Below the pieces are notes generated by a model that was given only the letters and a program-made list of their open reading frames with translations, made no database searches and was not told the origin of the DNA. This document shows, piece by piece, positions 37,057 through 43,583 of a stretch of DNA of 43,583 nt; the first letter of the stretch is position 1, and the number at the start of each line of letters is the position of its first letter. The stretch spans positions 43,462,001 through 43,505,583 of the forward strand of contig OZ360238.1 in assembly GCA_977017645.1 (NCBI GenBank), given 5' to 3'. Source of the DNA: Torpedo marmorata (taxonomy: Eukaryota). The position numbers were made by a program, and so were the translations under genes.

Positions 37057-38142
37057 TTCCTGGATCTCTCTGTCTCCATCTCAGGAGACAAGCTTTCCAC
37101 TGACATTTACTACAAACCCTCCAACTCCCACAACTATCTGGACTACACTTCCTCACACCCTGTCCCCTGCAAGGATTCCATCCCCTTCTCTCAATTTCTC
37201 TGTCTCCGCCACATCTGTTCCCAAGATTAGATGTTCCAGTCCAGATCTTCTGAAATGTCTGCCTTTTTCCACAAATGTGGCTTCCCCTCCACCACCATCA
37301 ACTCAGCCCTCACCCGCATCTCCTCCATTTCCCACTCACCTGCCCTGGCCCCCTCTGCCCCCAGACGCAACAAACATAGAATCCCCCTCATCCTCACCTA
37401 CCACCCCACCAGCCTCCACATCCAACACATTATCCGCCAGAATTTCCGGCACTTACTACAGGATCCCACCACCAGACACATTTTTCCTTCTCCTCCCCTC
37501 TCGGCCTTCCACAGGGACCGCTCCCTCCGCGATTCCCTTGTGCACTCATCCCTCCCCACCCATCGCACCCGCGGCACCTTCGCCCACACCTCCCCACTCA
37601 CCATGGTCCGGGGCCCCAAACAGGCCTTCCAAGTGAAACTACACTTCACTTGTACATCCAGAGAACTTATTTACTGCATCCGGCGCTCCCTTTGTGGCTT
37701 TCTCCATATCGAAGAGACCGGTCGTAGATTGGGAGATCGCTTTGCTGAGCACCTCCTCTCTGTCCGCAACAACAGCGACCTCCCAGTAGCCAACCATTTC
37801 AATTCTGGGTCACAGTCCCACACTCACATGTCTGTCCATGGCCTTATGTACTATCCAACCCAGACTACCCGCAAATTGGAGGAACAACATCTAATTTTCC
37901 GTCTGGGCACTCTCCAGCCAGATGGCATTAACATTGACTTTTCTGCTTTCCACTAAACCTGCTTGTCGTTTCCTTCCCCTCCCCTCACCTGTCCTTCCTG
38001 TTTTTTTGCACCCTCCCAGCCATCCCTCCTCCCCCTCTTTGCTGCTGTCCCCTCCCTCCTTTCTCCACCTGTCTTCTCCTGCCTTTGCCACCCCCCCCTT
38101 CCCCCCTCACTCTTTTGTTCGGACGCCTGCTGGCATTTTCTC

Positions 38143-38185
38143 ATACTTTGATGAAGGGCTCAAGCCCGAAACGTCGGTTATGTAT
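38143..38185 (+). ncRNA. Minimal hammerhead-ribozyme-like motif in Penelope 3' end
   Basis: Same motif as 15156-15198. Confidence 0.5.
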
Positions 38186-38397
38186 TTCTACCTTTGCTAC
38201 ATAAAATACACTGTTTGACCTGCTGAGTTTCTCCAGCATTTGTGTTTTTTACTTCAACCACGGTGTCTATAGATTTTCGTGTTTTACTAATGTAATCGGA
38301 CACCAATTCAGCGTGTTATGCATGGTGGTATTGACACCTCGCCTTGAGGTAAAGCTATCAAGATGTATCTTACGTTTTGGGTTGGGTGGTGGGGAAG

Positions 38398-38478
38398 GGA
38401 GAGTGAGAGAGAGAGAGTGAGAGTGGGAGAGAGAGAGAGAGTGAGAGAGAGAGTGAGAGAGGGGTGGGGGAGAGGGAG
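38398..38478. repeat. (GA)n/(GAGT) microsatellite
   Basis: gagtgagagagagagagtgagagtg... seen directly. Confidence 0.9.
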
Positions 38479-39277
38479 ATTTCGCGATCAATGGTAAGGT
38501 GTTTGAAGGCACGAAATAAAATGTTATGAAGTTCCAAAAGCTTCGAAATGGTTAAATAATTTCACATTACATTCGGAGAATAAAACACTTGTCGGCAAGT
38601 GTTGTCCATATCGTGGTTACTTTGTTCTTAACGATATGGACAATTCAATGAAAACTCAGCCCGGACGATATTGTGACGTTCTCCCAACTCCGCAATGTGC
38701 ATTTCCAAAGATACATTCAGAACAAACTTGGGCTGCACTTTGTCATGAAAGGTACATTCATATTTAGCGCAAAATCTTGTAACCTACAATTCTTATTAAA
38801 ACGCTCAACAACATTCACAGAATCGTGTAAATGACTTAATTTTCACCAGTGTCATTTGTTTCCACAGATATCTGAAGTCAAGTGAGAAAACAGGTAACAC
38901 GACGGCGAATGGAGCATCTGCCACTGAGCAGTTGTTCCAATAGCTGCCAAGGCGCTTCGGGAAAAGGCCGTGCAATGCGGAATAACATTTGCGGGTTTCG
39001 AGCGTGGGGCTGAAGTAACATGGCTGGATTCGCCGAAATCACACTCCGATAGTTTAACGTTACCTATTCCCTCATATGGAAGAACCTCATTAATCTGGCA
39101 GCAAAGGTAAATTTACTTTATTCTCTCGTTGAAGGCATTGGGAGCACTGAGACCAATTCGCAAAGGAGAACCCAAGGTGCCATCTCAGAACTGGCGGACT
39201 CTGGGCACGTGAACAAGTACTGTAACGTGCCCCGATAATATTATGCAGCTACAACTCAGCAGCATCTATTTCCAGAC

Positions 39278-39400
39278 AAACACAAAAACTGCAGATGCTG
39301 GAATCATGAGGAAACAATGAGAAGGTAGAGGAACTCAGCGGGTCAGAAAGCATTCCTGTGTAGTCAGTCATCGTTTTGGGTCGGGACTCTATCGCGACTC
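39278..39400 (-). mobile_element. Old Penelope-derived terminal remnant
   Basis: actgcagatgctggaatc...gaggaactcagcgggtcag...cgttttgggtcgggac. Confidence 0.55.
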
Positions 39401-39583
39401 AAGTGGAAAGGGCTGATATTAGTATATCAAGGGAAGAAGAAAGGGGCAAGATCCTATCCAATTGTTTTCATGATCTTATTACACTGGACAACGAAGATTT
39501 TGCATCCTGAACATTTTTGGGTGTATTTTATGGATTTTGGGCTGGTGATCACGAAAATCACCTTAAAATCACTTGTTTTCTTT

Positions 39584-39841
39584 GGGCAGCACCGTTAGTG
39601 TAGCGGTTAGAGCAACACCTTTACAGCGCCAGCGATCGGGACCGGGGTTCGAATCCCGCGCTGTCTGTAAGGAGTTTGTACGTTCTCCCCATGTCTGCGT
39701 GGGTTTTCCCGCGGGCTCCGTTTTCATCCCGCCGTTCGAAACGTAGGTTAATTGGGTGTAAATTGGGCGGCACGGACTAGTGGGCCGAAATGGCCTGTTA
39801 CCGTGCTGTATGTCTAAATTTAAAAATAAAATTTAAAAAAA
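39584..39841 (+). mobile_element. V-SINE (HE1-like) nested in Chapaev
   Basis: Same family as 4551-4850; B-box ggttcgaatccc; CpGs retained. Confidence 0.9.
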
Positions 39842-40186
39842 TGTTCCTATTGCCTACCGTTTTTTAGATGTGCCCTATGTTTGTGATTTCCTGTCATATT
39901 TTAAGTCCACTAGTATATTGCCCACAAAGCAAGCTGTTTTGGTCAGTCCAAGCATGCCTGGGCATGCACGCAGTTGTAGGTGCTATAGGAATGTTGTATT
40001 AGGCCTGGGCATGCTTAGTCAGGATAGATGCAGACAGGCTACAAAAGCAGCTCACATATACAGATGCTGTGCATTACATTGCTATAGATTGAATGCCTGT
40101 TGATGCACATGTTCTTCAGGCATGAGCATAGAGAGTGTACTTAACAATAGCATTTAATGTCTTCAGGAAGATTCAATACAGCAGAA

Positions 40187-40392
40187 ATGTCTGGTCAATG
40201 TAGCAACCTCTGCAATACATTATGTTACATTTGTGGCCAATATGCGCTTAAGGCTCAAAGACGCAGCATGACTGCACTTATTAAGAAAGCCTATGAGCTC
40301 TACTTCTGTTGTAAAATAGGTAACCAAGACAAACCCTGGGCTCCTCACATTTGTTGTGCAACATGTGCAGTCAACCTGAGAGCTTGGCTCAG
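40187..40392 (+). pseudogene. Chapaev transposase N-terminal Zn-finger fragment
   Basis: CYICGQY...KKAYELYF.CKIG.QDKPWAPHICC..C..NLRAW, recalled as the Chapaev3-type transposase N-terminus. Confidence 0.75.
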
Positions 40393-41472
40393 CATCATTA
40401 TGCGATTAAACACGTTAAATTCAATAAAAGTTAATTTAATGTTCTCCAACTTCGTACTTGATACAGCAAATCTGAAATTATCTTTGTGTTCAGTTTGAAG
40501 TTGTCTATCATAATCCCCAATTTTCTTTCAGGAAGCAAAACCTTTTGAAAATATTTGTTGTGCAGTGATTATCAACCTGAATGTTGCTGCCTGAACAAAC
40601 CTGCCGCCCAGGATAAACCTCTTACCTGAACAAAATACCCTGCAGTCTATAACCAACATGATATGAGTTTGAGCTGATCGCAGTCAGCAAATAAGTTTGT
40701 GTTCTCCCTCGGTCTCAAAGGAACATCTCAATCACCAATCCTACTGCCTTCCCCGCTGTTCTTGTTATTAGTTAAACACAAACATCACGCGCAACATTAA
40801 TGTAGAATTAGAAATAACATAACAAGTCTGTCAGCAAATGAAAGGTGAGATACAGATTAATTTCTGATTCGGATCCTTTATCAGTTAGGTCAGAGATCTC
40901 ATATCATTTTTCTTTTGTTTTCAGGTACTAACTGATCTTTTTAAATATCAGGTGTACCAGTTTGACTGTAATCATATATAGCCTGGTTTTACACTAAAGA
41001 GGGCATAAAAGGATTCGTACTACTTATTCAGCAGACTATCATCCGTCACCAAATGGCTTTACATGCGACCTGGACGTCAGGTGGGTTGCAAGTTGAATTA
41101 CACTCGTCCCCATCTCCTCACTGAATGTCAACCCATCAAGTGTGGATTGTATCGGCGAGATCAGCCCGAATACCACTGTTGACATCAAGTATTACCCTCG
41201 TGGTGGTACATCACGTTATCCATTTTACAACAGCATCGTACATTAAGATATCGAATGTTGCATTTATATACGACATGACTTATTTCTGATCCATTACCAT
41301 TTTGAAAATAGAGGCCAGGAATTTGCAACGTCTTTAGGGGCGTCCCGTTTCCATTTTACATCTAAATCACGGCAAGGGAAATTTGCCAACACGGTTAGAA
41401 ATAGCGCAAACTGTTCTGCCGCATTGGCAGGCGCAGAAATCGTCGCTACAAGGTGCATCTTGCTGGAAAACG

Positions 41473-42275
41473 AAGACTTGAATTGATATATCCCTTTTCA
41501 ATAAGCCTTATTTTTAAAATTAGCTGTTCGCAGCTATTTAAGAACTTTCGAGGTGCGGTCGCTATTGTATTGTGGGGTTAAATTGTGCTCAACATAAAAC
41601 GAATATGAACATTATCAATTTATTTATTGCTTGCGGAAAAAAAAGTGCCATTCAGGATAGTGCTCATTGCACTTAAAAAAAAAATGCTTTGAAATCTTTG
41701 ACGTCTATCTGAGGGAACAAACTGGAATCCGGGTCTTCCCCGAAAGAGGTCATCTCCAAGAAAGCACAGTATGCGCTTTTACCTCTGGAGTTGGGTTTGA
41801 ATCTGAAACGTCCTAACTCAGAGGTGGGAGAGCTCCGCAATCCTTGCGCTAAACCTCTGGAGTTGGGTTTGAATCTCAAACGTCCTGACTCGGAGGTGGG
41901 AGCGCTTCGCAATCCTTGCGCTTCTTCTCTGGAGTTGGGTTTGAATCGGAAACGTTCTGAATCAGAGGTAGGAGCACTGCGCAATATTTGCGCTTATATC
42001 TCTGGAGTTGGGTTTGAATCTGAAACGTCCTGACTCAGAGGTGGGAGCACTTCTCAATACTTGCACTTATACCTCTGGAGTTGGGTTTGAATCTGAAACT
42101 TGACTCAGAGGTGGGAGCACTGCGCAATATTTGCGCTTACATCTCTAGAGTGGAGTTTGAATCTGAAACGTCCTGAATCAGAGGTGGGAGCACTGCGCAA
42201 TACTTGCACTTAACCTCTGGAGTTGGGTTTGAATTTAAAACGTCCTGGTTCAAAGGTGGGAGCTCTGCGCAATTG
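41473..42275 (-). mobile_element. DeuSINE (SacSINE1-like) with amplified head
   Basis: Minus strand head ccacctctgagtcaggacgtttcagattcaaacccaactccagag, then Deu-like ctcagatagacgtcaaagat, and tail tatatcaattcaagtc. Confidence 0.6.
41772..42272. repeat. Minisatellite, 7 units of 70-73 bp
   Basis: Unit anchor (g/a)gagt at 41787, 41859, 41931, 42004, 42077, 42147, 42219. Confidence 0.95.
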
Positions 42276-43583
42276 AGACACAATTGGTGACAGCGGATGG
42301 TATGGTACAGGTCACTGTTTCCAATGCAACCCTTTTGCGACCAGAAACTGCAGACTGCTACATATTTTACTGAGACCCTTAACATAAAAGTTCCCATTTA
42401 GATATTTACTTGCTTAAGCCTTGTGTCTGAATCCTTTCCAGAAAGCACATTCAGCGAGTGTGCGTGCGTACATGATAAGGTAAAGAGGGAACGAATGACC
42501 TTGCTTAATGGGTCAACCCTGCCTTGGTTGATCGTCCCCTGATTTCCAAGTTGATAGTTGTAGGTCCAACCCCTTTTGCTAAGGACCTGGGGGTCAAATT
42601 TCCATGGTGCTTTAATGGGACAGAGTGGGAGGACGGGGGCATCTTTACGGTGTCAGGTGAAACCATTTGTCTGTTGGAGCTCGCTGGAGACAGAATGGCT
42701 TCAGCCTTGAAAAGGGCTGGTGGGTGTCTCAGGGTCCCCGACTGCGCAGAATTTTTGAAATAAATTAATGAATGGCTGGTTGAAGATGTTTAAAATTCTC
42801 CAAACTATTCTGATATCTCTGCGTCGGTATCACTGTGGAAGATAGTGAGAGGGAATGAACGACATCAAAAGGAAACGGCGTGTATTAATTTCAATCTTAA
42901 CACAACGAAGGAAGTGCTCTGTACAAGATAACCGACGTACTCGCATCATTGAAGCGCTTCATTCCATGCTTTCGTTTATGTAAATCACAGATACGTTTCA
43001 CAATCTCCCACCATTATGAGTAATATTGGTTTCGACGCTATTCTCCGCTCAGCCCCCACCTCCCTTCTCCGGCGGCGGTTAAACAATGGAAACGATAAGG
43101 TTTTCGTTGCGAGATCCCAATGGAGGGGAGGATGAAACGTCCCAACCTTGCGCACTTAACTGGGGGAGAACTTTGCGCATCTAACGGAACTTTCCACCGT
43201 GATAAGGATTCCGAAAATGTCATGGCAAACGCGTTTTATGTCTTTAGCCGGATGCGCCCAATCTTACAACAAACTAAATGTGCTTGCATAAACTTCTCAG
43301 TAAAAACTTTTTTTTTGCTCCACGTGGCACCATTAATTTCAGAACCATTTCCAGATGCACAGGCGTAAATACACGCACATGAAACGTTTTCGCTTTTTAT
43401 TTTGTTTCTCCGGATTAGACTTTGTTTCGTGTTTCTGTCGTTTTGCGAACTATTCGCTACGTTCATATTGCGCCAAGCTGCGGTCCTTTGATCGCCTGAC
43501 CCGTTCGTGGTCAATGCAACTTCGAGAAAGCTTGTTCTCAAGAAAACCTTGTGAACCTTGACACAAGCATTAACATAAGCATG

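Larger units (their letters stand above)
35712..38288 (+). mobile_element. Penelope-like element, 5'-truncated, complete 3' end
   Basis: Same family as 12012-14539 (RT and GIY-YIG motifs); perfect 13-bp TSD aatgtaatcggac at 35699-35711 and 38289-38301. Confidence 0.95.
39482..40567 (+). mobile_element. Internally deleted Chapaev (CMC) DNA transposon
   Basis: CAC...GTG ends; TIRs cactggacaacgaagatttt vs cactgcacaacaaatatttt (17/20); atta flanks at 39478-39481 and 40568-40571; transposase N-terminal fragment inside. Confidence 0.8.

Noticed and set aside
41673-42033. Repetitive peptides on both strands
   Set aside because: A by-product of the 72-bp unit being a multiple of 3; frames break at the 73- and 70-bp units.
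41772-42272. CRISPR-like periodic array
   Set aside because: Whole units repeat with no unique spacers, there are no cas genes, and the context is a vertebrate genome.
42524-43561. Short ORFs near the window end as host exons
   Set aside because: No recognisable protein similarity or consistent splice-site pairs.

Overview
This is non-coding vertebrate DNA with no recognisable host protein-coding gene. The repeat set (HE1/V-type and Deu/Sac-type SINEs, CR1, Rex1/Babar, L1, Penelope) points to a cartilaginous fish, probably a batoid; that assignment is an inference. The largest structure is one apparently full-length L1 (10552-20050) with its 5' half inverted, bounded by a 17-bp TSD. It carries three later insertions: a Penelope element, a Penelope 3' end and another L1 3' end. 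Also present are a second Penelope with a nested L1 end, hammerhead-like motifs in Penelope 3' ends, two Rex1/Babar copies, a GC-rich non-coding retroposon with a Rex-like tail (2 copies), a deleted Chapaev transposon with a nested SINE, hAT- and Harbinger-like MITEs, and a 72-bp minisatellite built from a SINE head. Unique DNA right of about 29.8 kb looks CpG-richer by eye. I found no convincing new biological system; the interest lies in TE structure and a few possibly uncatalogued elements. Family names come from recalled motifs, not database searches.
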